Below are positions 10,422-26,736 of a DNA stretch of 64,000 nucleotides, one piece after another (position 1 is the stretch's first letter; the number at the start of each line of letters is the position of its first letter). Location: contig NW_026889778.1 of NCBI RefSeq assembly GCF_033153115.1, forward strand, positions 44,826,001-44,890,000, read 5' to 3'. The notes under the pieces are model-generated. The model had not been told where the DNA came from, made no database searches, and saw only the letters and a program-made list of their open reading frames with translations. The stretch is from Saccostrea echinata. Lineage: Eukaryota. The translations under genes were made by a program, and so were the position numbers.

Positions 10422-10741
10422 TAATAATAATGGCCATATAGTTTGCGTAGGCGTTGTGATGTGGAAAAAGTAAAATTTTATTTACTTGAGGGAGGGTATG
10501 TAAACAAAATAAAAACTGACTTTTGTTTCTTCTTCTTCTCAGAAACAGCATGTTAATATTATCATGACTTTGTAATTTGCTTCCAGTCGAAGACAAATAA
10601 ACTATGTGTAATAGGTAAGTGTACTTCTTGTTTATTCATTTTGTGTTTCCATTAGTACATGTATGTAATAGAGGCATCTTTTCTAAAAATGTTGGTAGCC
10701 CTGAAAAGGGCTTTTGTAATTGGTTTAAGACAATTGGCAGC

Positions 10742-11329
10742 CTACGCCTTGGTGGCTTTCTTTGGGGTTTTTGACTTCTTGGCTGTGGCTTTCTTGGGCG
10801 CTTTGGTTTTCGTAGGCTTTGGAGCTGCCTTGGCTTTCTTGGGAGACTTAGTAGCTGCTTTCTTCTTGGGAGACTCGGCCTTCTTGGGTGCTGCAGGTTT
10901 CTTAACAGCCTTTTTCTTTTCTGTTGGCTTTTTCTCCCCGGTTGTCTTCTTGGGTTTGGTCGTTTTCTTGGGCTTGGCAGCCTTAGGTTTGGTGACTTTT
11001 TTGGTCTTGGGTTTCTTCTCCGTCTTGGGCTTCTCTCCCAGCTTGAAGGAACCACTGGCACCTGTACCCTTGGCCTGTTTGAGAACTCCCTTCTTGACTC
11101 CGTTCTTGAGGGCCATCTTCAGATGGGTGTTGACACTAGAGGCGTCATTACCGACTTTGTAGTTGCCCATGATGTACTTGAGAATAGCTTGTCTCGAGGA
11201 ACCTCCGCGCTCCTTCAGGGCAGCCACAGCAGCGCTGATCATCTCGATGTACTTGGGATGGGCGGGGACCGTCTTGGGTTTGGAAACCTTCTTCTTGGCG
11301 GGGGATTTTGCTGGTGCGGCGTCTGCCAT
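10742..11329 (-). CDS. H1: Histone H1
   Basis: Protein identical to unit 1. Confidence 0.98.
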   Translation of the reverse strand: MADAAPAKSPAKKKVSKPKTVPAHPKYIEMISAAVAALKERGGSSRQAILKYIMGNYKVGNDASSVNTHLKMALKNGVKKGVLKQAKGTGASGSFKLGEKPKTEKKPKTKKVTKPKAAKPKKTTKPKKTTGEKKPTEKKKAVKKPAAPKKAESPKKKAATKSPKKAKAAPKPTKTKAPKKATAKKSKTPKKATKA

Positions 11330-13512
11330 AATTTTTTTGTCCTGTTTTCTACAACTGATGTGAACGACGTTATCGACGATAAGGAAATGAATGAAATCAC
11401 CTCCGCCGATGGCCTTATTTGAGTGGCGGCGAGCGCGGACCTCCGTGAAAACTCCCCAATTGTCGACAGCGTAGAGGATTGAACTCGTCCAACTTTGTGT
11501 TTCAATACCTGTAATTTTTCCGATATTGTCCTCCCAATTTTACTTAATTTTCTCAAATATGTCACTGTGCGTTTTCTTGAAATATTTTCCTACATAACTG
11601 TTTCCGTTTAAGGTTCTTAATCTGTCATTTTAAAGGAGGAATTGTCTGTTGATTCTGAAAATGCGCTGTTCCCTGGAGCCCAGAAGCGACTAATTTTGAT
11701 TAAAACACGAAAACAAGAGGAATAGAACACGAGTAAGGGATTGAAGTACTTACTACATTGCTATGCGATAAAACATACATGTACATTTCTTTCAATTGTC
11801 TTATATGTTACTTAAAATCCGAATGAAAATGCAAACATTCGGCACAAACACGCGCACAATGGATAGTGATGTGTGCCTTGCATTTCATATGAAATGGAGA
11901 GAAAAAAAACAAAACAAAAACAAAACAACAAAAAAAAAACAAACAAACAAACAAACAAAAGGGTCATATGAAGAGAAATCACGGAATCTCACAAATTGTT
12001 GAATGTTCAAATATATATCTAATATACTTTCTAGATCAGTGGATGTTCACCCCCTTAAAGGGACAACATATAATTTCTTTTCGAATATTTAAATACATGA
12101 CACCTACTTTATAATTATAACACCGAGGACACCGGGAAGATCCAGACCGTACGTAACGTACCACATTCGGTGGTACAACGTCTGAATTTCTCAGTATAAT
12201 TATATCATAAGAATATACATAACTGACATCCTTGTAAATTACATGAAAAAAAAAAAAATCACATAAAAAGGGCGTGTATTTAATAATTGTAGAACACTCA
12301 CTTAATTAGTAGTTATACATAAGAGAGAGACAGAGAGAGACGAACAAGGCGAATCATGGGAGTAGCTTATTCATTGATATTAATTTGTTTCTTGTAATTT
12401 ACACACACAAATAATTGAGTACATGTAAATAAACAGAATGTGGTCAAAAGCCAATGTATTTAAAATCTATATCTTTCAAGTTGAACAAGACAACCAGTAT
12501 ATAATACAAGACAATACAATACATTGATACAAGCATCAAATTGGTTGCACACTTTCCACGTGCAGATCATGATTCCCTGCATCTATATGTCACGTGACGA
12601 TGCAGATGTGCTGCACGGCGCAGTGATGGACATCGCAATAAATGTAAAGTGTTAAAAAAAATGTCGTTTAGTCATTCGCATCGGTAGTCTATTCGAAAGA
12701 AAATTTACTACCAGTGTTTAATTGTGTTAGTACTGTAAGTATCCGGAAACTGGCATCGAGTTGCTTTTATTCACTCTTATTATGGGAAGCACACTTTTTT
12801 GAATAAGAACATTCAAGACATAATATAAACCACATCTTCTTATTCTTATGAGATTCTTATATTCATCACTTTTATCTATTTTATCAATTAGGAATTTTGT
12901 CTAAATAATCATCATATAAAACAATAGCGAGGGGGAAAAAAAAAGAAGAAGAAACATTAAGGATTTAACTGGAGTTACAGATCTTTTGAATATGTTAATA
13001 AAATAATGATCATATTTAAAAATATTTGTATTAAAGGAAAAAATTGAAAGTTAGATCGCCATGTTAGATGATTTCCGCAGTTTCTAGTCTTAATTGGTCA
13101 ATGAAATGGGTTTTTTTTTTCTTTTCTTATCTCTTTGTTGAGTGAGCATTCAAGTAATAAGTGAGAATTCAACATTTGTACGCAGGCCTATAAGGTTTGG
13201 ATTCAACTGCCTATAACGAGAAAGAAAAAACGTACATATACGAATATACATGCGAGTCAATTTTTAAATTTATTGCTTTTGTTATTGACTTAATACATTT
13301 ATTTATCATTAAATATATAACACTTTCTTTGATGTTTGATCTCTGTTCTGTGTTGAAAATTATTGAATTCGTGTGTTTCTATTATTTTCTAGCTATAATA
13401 ATTGTTTACGTTTCAACTCGTTTGTAATGTAGGTATCTTTTCGAAAAGCTTATGTGGCCGTGAAAACGGCCGTTTGGTTTTGTGCTGCACACAACACAAC
13501 TATAGGATCTTT

Positions 13513-13899
<387 letters not shown>

Positions 13900-14145
13900 T
13901 TATGTTCTTTCGTGTACAGTCAACGAATAATCCAGCGACGCCCGCACGCACCAATTTAAACAACCAAGCGGATCCAACGGTGCAGCCAATTAACGCGTCG
14001 CTCTGTTGTGCCTTTAGGTGAAATCCGAACAAGTAATGTTTTCTCGGAGGTCCGTAACAAGCTTCTCCTCCTACTCGCATATAAATAGTAAATTTTACCA
14101 TTTCACTTTATTCATCTCTTCAGTTTGACCTGTCAACTTGAGATC

Positions 14146-14517
14146 ATGCCACCCAAAGTCGGATCCAAAGGCGCCAAGAAAGCAGTCACCAAGGCCAAGA
14201 CACCGAGGAGCACAGACAAGAAAAGGAGGAAGAGGAGGAGGGAATCTTATGCCATTTACATCTACAAAGTCCTAAAGCAGGTGCACCCTGACACTGGTGT
14301 TTCCAGCAAGGCCATGAGCATAATGAACTCCTTCGTCAACGATATCTTTGAGAGAATCGCTGCCGAAGCCTCTCGTTTGGCCCACTACAACAAGCGATCT
14401 ACAATCACAAGCAGAGAGGTCCAGACTGCTGTCCGTCTCCTTCTGCCCGGTGAACTGGCCAAGCACGCCGTATCTGAGGGCACCAAAGCCGTCACCAAGT
14501 ACACCAGCAGCAAATAA
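14146..14517 (+). CDS. H2B: Histone H2B
   Basis: Protein identical to unit 1. Confidence 0.99.
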   Translation: MPPKVGSKGAKKAVTKAKTPRSTDKKRRKRRRESYAIYIYKVLKQVHPDTGVSSKAMSIMNSFVNDIFERIAAEASRLAHYNKRSTITSREVQTAVRLLLPGELAKHAVSEGTKAVTKYTSSK

Positions 14518-15585
14518 TCTCATTTTGCAAGTACACACACCAAACGGCCCTTTTAAGGGCCAACTAATTTTTTAGAAAAGATACCTTCATATTACATGCG
14601 TTATTGAGACACAAATAATATGTACGAGTGTTACAATGTGAATGCATGTGCTCGTAAAAGTGGCAAACGTATAAAAATCCCACATTGTTTACAACTGATT
14701 ATAATAACAGAAGTAGGATAAATAAAGAAATACAAGTAGGTATTATTATATGAATGAGAGCCAAATTTTATTCACAAATAACTTGAATGTACAACCAAGC
14801 ATATATCTGAAATAACTGTATCTTCAAATATAAATAAAATACAAGCATGCGAGGTCCATCTGATGTACACAAAATCCTGGTTCATTTGTCCTCTGTATAC
14901 TGAATTAATTATCAGCGTACATTATATAATTGATAATAAAGTATCTCAATTCAGCTAATATCAATGAAACAGATAAATAAATTCAAGACCCCCCCCCCCC
15001 CCTCCCCTTTCTTTGACATTGACATATTGGAATTTTCAATCAGTAATTATACATCAATAAAAGTGCAATGACCAAAATGCGATAATTATACATTGACAAT
15101 TAATTGTCTAACATTAGTCATAATTGTTAAACAAGAAAAAAAAGCATGTCACTCAGCGCCAGTTGGTACCTGTCATTGTCGGTAGATCGATCCCTCAAAA
15201 TAATACTCAAGACAGCAGCATTATTATTTTAATATATGATTATAATAATAAAAAAAAATTAAATAATATATACTGTTTGTGTGTGTTTATTCAATATTTC
15301 TTGTCCAAACCTAAATTCAATACATATTTGTTGCTCTGTATATAGTTTTGAGGAAATATTACGACATAAAGGGTCTTACTCTGTTATTGTTGTGTATTTA
15401 TTTTACCACTTACAACCATTCTGTATTCAACTTTGTACAGTGAATATCTGTATAACAAGTACTCAGTAAGTAAATGTCTGTCTTAACGATGTTTTAGAGG
15501 CATCTTTTCGAAAAATTTGGGTGGCCGTGATAACGGCCGTTTGTGTTTGTTTTAAACTTCTGTCTTGACTGTCAAACTGAATTCT

Positions 15586-15906
<321 letters not shown>

Positions 15907-17314
15907 TCAGTCAGTAGTACTGTTCTGATGAACTGATCATGCGTAATTGCCTAATTTATAGTCCAAATTGAGGACCCGTGAGAGCGCACGATGCTTTGAA
16001 AAGTTCGGAACGTTACCAAAGCGGTATTGTGACAAGCTTTACGATTGGTCAGCTTGGCATGATGGGAATGTTTACATTTCTTGCCCCACAGGAATTTTAA
16101 CCACATTTAATTAATTTTGATTCTTTAATTTCTTCACATATAGGCAAGTTTATGTTCAATTTATTCACCTAAACCAAAATATTGGTACGTGGAGGTACAT
16201 ATATACATTTTATACAAACTGGTATACAAAACAACAACAAAAAAAAAAAAAAAAAAAAAACATGACAGAAAATGAATAAAAATGATAAAGAGAGAGAGGG
16301 GAATTATATCAAGCAGGACAGACAGCATCATAATTTTTTAGGATAAACATACACAATTTTTTGTTTTGTTGTTGTTATTTTTTTTATTTCAGTATTTTTT
16401 GCTTTGAGTTTAACAAAATAAATACCGTTGTTGCCGAATGATAATTAAAACGTGGGTGGGTGGGTGGGGATTAAGTTATTCAAAGGAAAGGGGTGTGACA
16501 GATAACACCGAAATAATACAAAATGTAGAAGCTGAATGAAACTTTTGATTCTCATTCATTTATGATATCTAGTTATAGATGTGATCATTTATTTGATTTC
16601 CTCTTTTCTCAGTTAATTTTCAAAGGCAACTTTAAGCAGTGACCAAACCGGCTTTATAAATGAGCCTTTTTCATTTTATTACACGCCACGTTAGAACGAA
16701 TATCGTTATATTTGACGTTGTTTAGAAATCAATAAAAATCATACTTTGAATATAAATGAAATACGGAATTGCAGTTCTGAAATGCATGTACTCGCATATG
16801 TGCATAGCTGTAGAACTAATGAGATAAAGTTGTAATACTGTTATTATTTTTTGCTTCGACACATTCCATCATATTCTATTTAAATAATTGTGCTATTTTC
16901 TAATTTATTTCGCAAAATTCTTGAATGTATTCTAGAGGGGCAGGTTGATGGACTTGTACAAAATATAGTTTCAAGATGTGTAGACAACTTCTACAACAAA
17001 TTGATGATGACAATAGTACTATGAAATTGTCTAGCATTGTGCTCTTTCATAATTTATGTAATTATATATATGCAAGGCACAGATATATTCACTGAAGGAT
17101 GTATTGTGTCTCAACATTTTTTTTTTTTTTTTTTTTTTTTTTTCCAATTTGGGGGCATTGTTCGCTGAATTTGATAAAATTTATTAATTTCGGCCAAATA
17201 ATTCAACATTATTTTCAGAGATGTTTCAACGTCTGAACAGAAGGCATCTTTTCGAAGAATGTAGGTGGCCGTGAAAACGGCCGTTTGCTTTAGGACTTGA
17301 AATACAGCTTAAAA

Positions 17315-17734
<420 letters not shown>

Positions 17735-18454
17735 TCAGATTATTCAAACTCGAATGAATGAAGTGGCAGTGTTGCGCCGTGAACTTATATATCTTTGTAA
17801 GCTCAAGTTGAAAATCGCTGCGGTCTACCAGTCGGCTTAGTCGATTGGCTGGTGCCCGCAGTAACACTCGCTACGATTAGTCAGGTGAACGAGATGACCA
17901 TTGGCTACGTCTGTAGGTAGTTTCAATCCACAGAATTGCCCCAAAAGAAAAAGAAAATCAAGTCGGTTTTTGACACATGATTTCACTGCAGATACATATA
18001 GTCAAATATTTTTTTTTTAAATATATATATGGTGAATAATGGGGATGAATGTAACGTCAATTGAATAGAAAATAGAATTATTTATTATATATATATACAT
18101 ATATTTTCAATTCGTTATTGAAGCAAAATGCATTTTCGAAAAATATATATTATATATTTCTTGTCATTATTTCCTCCTACCATTATCTGAACAAGCCCAG
18201 TAATATTACTAAGTATCATGATACTTGCAGATAATCAGAATGGTGCATATAGGATGAACAGGAATTACCCTGTTGCAAAAACAAGAACAAAACAAATAAT
18301 ACAAATAAATGAATAATTAATTAAATGAATGAATAATTAAATAAATGAATGAATGAATAAATGAAAAGAATAAATAAATGAAACGAATAAGAATGTATGT
18401 ATCTGTCTTTCAATAGGTACGCATGAACTTTTATTCCATTCGTTCCACATTTGA

Positions 18455-18631
18455 NNNNNNNNNNNNNNNNNNNNNNNNNNNNNNNNNNNNNNNNNNNNNN
18501 NNNNNNNNNNNNNNNNNNNNNNNNNNNNNNNNNNNNNNNNNNNNNNNNNNNNNNNNNNNNNNNNNNNNNNNNNNNNNNNNNNNNNNNNNNNNNNNNNNNN
18601 NNNNNNNNNNNNNNNNNNNNNNNNNNNNNNN
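18455..18631. other. Hard-masked block (177 N)
   Basis: N run with the same flanks. Confidence 0.95.
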
Positions 18632-18951
18632 TAATAATAATGGCCATATAGTTTGCGTAGGCGTTGTGATGTGGAAAAAGTAAAATTTTATTTACTTGAG
18701 GGAGGGTATGTAAACAAAATAAAAACTGACTTTTGTTTCTTCTTCTTCTCAGAAACAGCATGTTAATATTATCATGACTTTGTAATTTGCTTCCAGTCGA
18801 AGACAAATAAACTATGTGTAATAGGTAAGTGTACTTCTTGTTTATTCATTTTGTGTTTCCATTAGTACATGTATGTAATAGAGGCATCTTTTCTAAAAAT
18901 GTTGGTAGCCCTGAAAAGGGCTTTTGTAATTGGTTTAAGACAATTGGCAGC

Positions 18952-19539
18952 CTACGCCTTGGTGGCTTTCTTTGGGGTTTTTGACTTCTTGGCTGTGGCT
19001 TTCTTGGGCGCTTTGGTTTTCGTAGGCTTTGGAGCTGCCTTGGCTTTCTTGGGAGACTTAGTAGCTGCTTTCTTCTTGGGAGACTCGGCCTTCTTGGGTG
19101 CTGCAGGTTTCTTAACAGCCTTTTTCTTTTCTGTTGGCTTTTTCTCCCCGGTTGTCTTCTTGGGTTTGGTCGTTTTCTTGGGCTTGGCAGCCTTAGGTTT
19201 GGTGACTTTTTTGGTCTTGGGTTTCTTCTCCGTCTTGGGCTTCTCTCCCAGCTTGAAGGAACCACTGGCACCTGTACCCTTGGCCTGTTTGAGAACTCCC
19301 TTCTTGACTCCGTTCTTGAGGGCCATCTTCAGATGGGTGTTGACACTAGAGGCGTCATTACCGACTTTGTAGTTGCCCATGATGTACTTGAGAATAGCTT
19401 GTCTCGAGGAACCTCCGCGCTCCTTCAGGGCAGCCACAGCAGCGCTGATCATCTCGATGTACTTGGGATGGGCGGGGACCGTCTTGGGTTTGGAAACCTT
19501 CTTCTTGGCGGGGGATTTTGCTGGTGCGGCGTCTGCCAT
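18952..19539 (-). CDS. H1: Histone H1
   Basis: Protein identical to unit 1. Confidence 0.98.
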   Translation of the reverse strand: MADAAPAKSPAKKKVSKPKTVPAHPKYIEMISAAVAALKERGGSSRQAILKYIMGNYKVGNDASSVNTHLKMALKNGVKKGVLKQAKGTGASGSFKLGEKPKTEKKPKTKKVTKPKAAKPKKTTKPKKTTGEKKPTEKKKAVKKPAAPKKAESPKKKAATKSPKKAKAAPKPTKTKAPKKATAKKSKTPKKATKA

Positions 19540-21724
19540 AATTTTTTTGTCCTGTTTTCTACAACTGATGTGAACGACGTTATCGACGATAAGGAAATGA
19601 ATGAAATCACCTCCGCCGATGGCCTTATTTGAGTGGCGGCGAGCGCGGACCTCCGTGAAAACTCCCCAATTGTCGACAGCGTAGAGGATTGAACTCGTCC
19701 AACTTTGTGTTTCAATACCTGTAATTTTTCCGATATTGTCCTCCCAATTTTACTTAATTTTCTCAAATATGTCACTGTGCGTTTTCTTGAAATATTTTCC
19801 TACATAACTGTTTCCGTTTAAGGTTCTTAATCTGTCATTTTAAAGGAGGAATTGTCTGTTGATTCTGAAAATGCGCTGTTCCCTGGAGCCCAGAAGCGAC
19901 TAATTTTGATTAAAACACGAAAACAAGAGGAATAGAACACGAGTAAGGGATTGAAGTACTTACTACATTGCTATGCGATAAAACATACATGTACATTTCT
20001 TTCAATTGTCTTATATGTTACTTAAAATCCGAATGAAAATGCAAACATTCGGCACAAACACGCGCACAATGGATAGTGATGTGTGCCTTGCATTTCATAT
20101 GAAATGGAGAGAAAAAAAACAAAACAAAAACAAAACAACAAAAAAAAAACAAACAAACAAACAAACAAAAGGGTCATATGAAGAGAAATCACGGAATCTC
20201 ACAAATTGTTGAATGTTCAAATATATATCTAATATACTTTCTAGATCAGTGGATGTTCACCCCCTTAAAGGGACAACATATAATTTCTTTTCGAATATTT
20301 AAATACATGACACCTACTTTATAATTATAACACCGAGGACACCGGGAAGATCCAGACCGTACGTAACGTACCACATTCGGTGGTACAACGTCTGAATTTC
20401 TCAGTATAATTATATCATAAGAATATACATAACTGACATCCTTGTAAATTACATGAAAAAAAAAAAAAATCACATAAAAAGGGCGTGTATTTAATAATTG
20501 TAGAACACTCACTTAATTAGTAGTTATACATAAGAGAGAGACAGAGAGAGACGAACAAGGCGAATCATGGGAGTAGCTTATTCATTGATATTAATTTGTT
20601 TCTTGTAATTTACACACACAAATAATTGAGTACATGTAAATAAACAGAATGTGGTCAAAAGCCAATGTATTTAAAATCTATATCTTTCAAGTTGAACAAG
20701 ACAACCAGTATATAATACAAGACAATACAATACATTGATACAAGCATCAAATTGGTTGCACACTTTCCACGTGCAGATCATGATTCCCTGCATCTATATG
20801 TCACGTGACGATGCAGATGTGCTGCACGGCGCAGTGATGGACATCGCAATAAATGTAAAGTGTTAAAAAAAATGTCGTTTAGTCATTCGCATCGGTAGTC
20901 TATTCGAAAGAAAATTTACTACCAGTGTTTAATTGTGTTAGTACTGTAAGTATCCGGAAACTGGCATCGAGTTGCTTTTATTCACTCTTATTATGGGAAG
21001 CACACTTTTTTGAATAAGAACATTCAAGACATAATATAAACCACATCTTCTTATTCTTATGAGATTCTTATATTCATCACTTTTATCTATTTTATCAATT
21101 AGGAATTTTGTCTAAATAATCATCATATAAAACAATAGCGAGGGGGGAAAAAAAAAGAAGAAGAAACATTAAGGATTTAACTGGAGTTACAGATCTTTTG
21201 AATATGTTAATAAAATAATGATCATATTTAAAAATATTTGTATTAAAGGAAAAAATTGAAAGTTAGATCGCCATGTTAGATGATTTCCGCAGTTTCTAGT
21301 CTTAATTGGTCAATGAAATGGGTTTTTTTTTTCTTTTCTTATCTCTTTGTTGAGTGAGCATTCAAGTAATAAGTGAGAATTCAACATTTGTACGCAGGCC
21401 TATAAGGTTTGGATTCAACTGCCTATAACGAGAAAGAAAAAACGTACATATACGAATATACATGCGAGTCAATTTTTAAATTTATTGCTTTTGTTATTGA
21501 CTTAATACATTTATTTATCATTAAATATATAACACTTTCTTTGATGTTTGATCTCTGTTCTGTGTTGAAAATTATTGAATTCGTGTGTTTCTATTATTTT
21601 CTAGCTATAATAATTGTTTACGTTTCAACTCGTTTGTAATGTAGGTATCTTTTCGAAAAGCTTATGTGGCCGTGAAAACGGCCGTTTGGTTTTGTGCTGC
21701 ACACAACACAACTATAGGATCTTT

Positions 21725-22111
<387 letters not shown>

Positions 22112-22357
22112 TTATGTTCTTTCGTGTACAGTCAACGAATAATCCAGCGACGCCCGCACGCACCAATTTAAACAACCAAGCGGATCCAACGGTGCAGCCA
22201 ATTAACGCGTCGCTCTGTTGTGCCTTTAGGTGAAATCCGAACAAGTAATGTTTTCTCAGAGGTCCGTAACAAGCTTCTCCTCCTACTCGCATATAAATAG
22301 TAAATTTTACCATTTCACTTTATTCATCTCTTCAGTTTGACCTGTCAACTTGAGATC

Positions 22358-22720
22358 ATGCCACCCAAAGTCGGATCCAAAGGCGCCAAGAAAGCAGTCA
22401 CCAAGGCCAAGACACCGAGGAGCACAGACAAGAAGAGGAGGAGGGAATCTTATGCCATTTACATCTACAAAGTCCTAAAGCAGGTGCACCCTGACACTGG
22501 TGTTTCCAGCAAGGCCATGAGCATAATGAACTCCTTCGTCAACGATATCTTTGAGAGAATCGCTGCCGAAGCCTCTCGTTTGGCCCACTACAACAAGCGA
22601 TCTACAATCACAAGCAGAGAGGTCCAGACTGCTGTCCGTCTCCTTCTGCCCGGTGAACTGGCCAAGCACGCCGTATCTGAGGGCACCAAAGCCGTCACCA
22701 AGTACACCAGCAGCAAATAA
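22358..22720 (+). CDS. H2B: Histone H2B variant copy with a 3-aa in-frame deletion (120 aa)
   Basis: DKKRRRES instead of [11 protein letters not shown]. Confidence 0.96.
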   Translation: MPPKVGSKGAKKAVTKAKTPRSTDKKRRRESYAIYIYKVLKQVHPDTGVSSKAMSIMNSFVNDIFERIAAEASRLAHYNKRSTITSREVQTAVRLLLPGELAKHAVSEGTKAVTKYTSSK

Positions 22721-23783
22721 TCTCATTTTGCAAGTACACACACCAAACGGCCCTTTTAAGGGCCAACTAATTTTTTAGAAAAGATACCTTCATATTACAT
22801 GCGTTATTGAGACACAAATAATATGTACGAGTGTTACAATGTGAATGCATGTGCTCGTAAAAGTGGCAAACGTATAAAAATCCCACATTGTTTACAACTG
22901 ATTATAATAACAGAAGTAGGATAAATAAAGAAATACAAGTAGGTATTATTATATGAATGAGAGCCAAATTTTATTCACAAATAACTTGAATGTACAACCA
23001 AGCATATATCTGAAATAACTGTATCTTCAAATATAAATAAAATACAAGCATGCGAGGTCCATCTGATGTACACAAAATCCTGGTTCATTTGTCCTCTGTA
23101 TACTGAATTAATTATCAGCGTACATTATATAATTGATAATAAAGTATCTCAATTCAGCTAATATCAATGAAACAGATAAATAAATTCAAGACCCCCCCCC
23201 TCCCCTTTCTTTGACATTGACATATTGGAATTTTCAATCAGTAATTATACATCAATAAAAGTGCAATGACCAAAATGCGATAATTATACATTGACAATTA
23301 ATTGTCTAACATTAGTCATAATTGTTAAACAAGAAAAAAAAGCATGTCACTCAGCGCCAGTTGGTACCTGTCATTGTCGGTAGATCGATCCCTCAAAATA
23401 ATACTCAAGACAGCAGCATTATTATTTTAATATATGATTATAATAATAAAAAAAAATTAAATAATATATACTGTTTGTGTGTGTTTATTCAATATTTCTT
23501 GTCCAAACCTAAATTCAATACATATTTGTTGCTCTGTATATAGTTTTGAGGAAATATTACGACATAAAGGGTCTTACTCTGTTATTGTTGTGTATTTATT
23601 TTACCACTTACAACCATTCTGTATTCAACTTTGTACAGTGAATATCTGTATAACAAGTACTCAGTAAGTAAATGTCTGTCTTAACGATGTTTTAGAGGCA
23701 TCTTTTCGAAAAATTTGGGTGGCCGTGATAACGGCCGTTTGTGTTTGTTTTAAACTTCTGTCTTGACTGTCAAACTGAATTCT

Positions 23784-24104
<321 letters not shown>

Positions 24105-25105
24105 TCAGTCAGTAGTACTGTTCTGATGAACTGATCATGCGTAATTGCCTAATTTATAGTCCAAATTGAGGACCCGTGAGAGCGCACGATGCTTTGAAAA
24201 GTTCGGAACGTTACCAAAGCGGTATTGTGACAAGCTTTACGATTGGTCAGCTTGGCATGATGGGAATGTTTACATTTCTTGCCCCACAGGAATTTTAACC
24301 ACATTTAATTAATTTTGATTCTTTAATTTCTTCACATATAGGCAAGTTTATGTTCAATTTATTCACCTAAACCAAAATATTGGTACGTGGAGGTACATAT
24401 ATACATTTTATACAAACTGGTATACAAAACAACAACAACAAAAAAAAAAAAAAAAAACATGACAGAAAATGAATAAAAATGATAAAGAGAGAGAGGGGAA
24501 TTATATCAAGCAGGACAGACAGCATCATAATTTTTTAGGATAAACATACACAATTTTTTGTTTTGTTGTTGTTATTTTTTTTATTTCAGTATTTTTTGCT
24601 TTGAGTTTAACAAAATAAATACCGTTGTTGCCGAATGATAATTAAAACGTGGGTGGGTGGGTGGGGATTAAGTTATTCAAAGGAAAGGGGTGTGACAGAT
24701 AACACCGAAATAATACAAAATGTAGAAGCTGAATGAAACTTTTGATTCTCAAAATATAGTTTCAAGATGTGTAGACAACTTCTACAACAAATTGATGATG
24801 ACAATAGTACTATGAAATTGTCTAGCATTGTGCTCTTTCATAATTTATGTAATTATATATATGCAAGGCACAGATATATTCACTGAAGGATGTATTGTGT
24901 CTCAACATTTTTTTTTTTTTTTTTTTTTTTTTTTCCAATTTGGGGGCATTGTTCGCTGAATTTGATAAAATTTATTAATTTCGGCCAAATAATTCAACAT
25001 TATTTTCAGAGATGTTTCAACGTCTGAACAGAAGGCATCTTTTCGAAGAATGTAGGTGGCCGTGAAAACGGCCGTTTGCTTTAGGACTTGAAATACAGCT
25101 TAAAA

Positions 25106-25525
<420 letters not shown>

Positions 25526-26239
25526 TCAGATTATTCAAACTCGAATGAATGAAGTGGCAGTGTTGCGCCGTGAACTTATATATCTTTGTAAGCTCAAGTT
25601 GAAAATCGCTGCGGTCTACCAGTCGGCTTAGTCGATTGGCTGGTGCCCGCAGTAACACTCGCTACGATTAGTCAGGTGAACGAGATGACCATTGGCTACG
25701 TCTGTAGGTAGTTTCAATCCACAGAATTGCCCCAAAAGAAAAAGAAAATCAAGTCGGTTTTTGACACATGATTTCACTGCAGATACATATAGTCAAATAT
25801 TTTTTTTTTAAATATATATATGGTGAATAATGGGGATGAATGTAACGTCAATTGAATAGAAAATAGAATTATTTATTATATATATATACATATATTTTCA
25901 ATTCGTTATTGAAGCAAAATGCATTTTCGAAAAATATATATTATATATTTCTTGTCATTATTTCCTCCTACCATTATCTGAACAAGCCCAGTAATATTAC
26001 TAAGTATCATGATACTTGCAGATAATCAGAATGGTGCATATAGGATGAACAGGAATTACCCTGTTGCAAAAACAAGAACAAAACAAATAATACAAATAAA
26101 TGAATAATTAATTAAATGAATGAATAATTAAATAAATGAATGAATGAATAAATGAAAAGAATAAATAAATGAAACGAATAAATGTATCTGTCTTTCAATA
26201 GGTACGCATGAACTTTTATTCCATTCGTTCCACATTTGA

Positions 26240-26416
26240 NNNNNNNNNNNNNNNNNNNNNNNNNNNNNNNNNNNNNNNNNNNNNNNNNNNNNNNNNNNNN
26301 NNNNNNNNNNNNNNNNNNNNNNNNNNNNNNNNNNNNNNNNNNNNNNNNNNNNNNNNNNNNNNNNNNNNNNNNNNNNNNNNNNNNNNNNNNNNNNNNNNNN
26401 NNNNNNNNNNNNNNNN
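26240..26416. other. Hard-masked block (177 N)
   Basis: N run with the same flanks. Confidence 0.95.
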
Positions 26417-26736
26417 TAATAATAATGGCCATATAGTTTGCGTAGGCGTTGTGATGTGGAAAAAGTAAAATTTTATTTACTTGAGGGAGGGTATGTAAAC
26501 AAAATAAAAACTGACTTTTGTTTCTTCTTCTTCTCAGAAACAGCATGTTAATATTATCATGACTTTGTAATTTGCTTCCAGTCGAAGACAAATAAACTAT
26601 GTGTAATAGGTAAGTGTACTTCTTGTTTATTCATTTTGTGTTTCCATTAGTACATGTATGTAATAGAGGCATCTTTTCTAAAAATGTTGGTAGCCCTGAA
26701 AAGGGCTTTTGTAATTGGTTTAAGACAATTGGCAGC

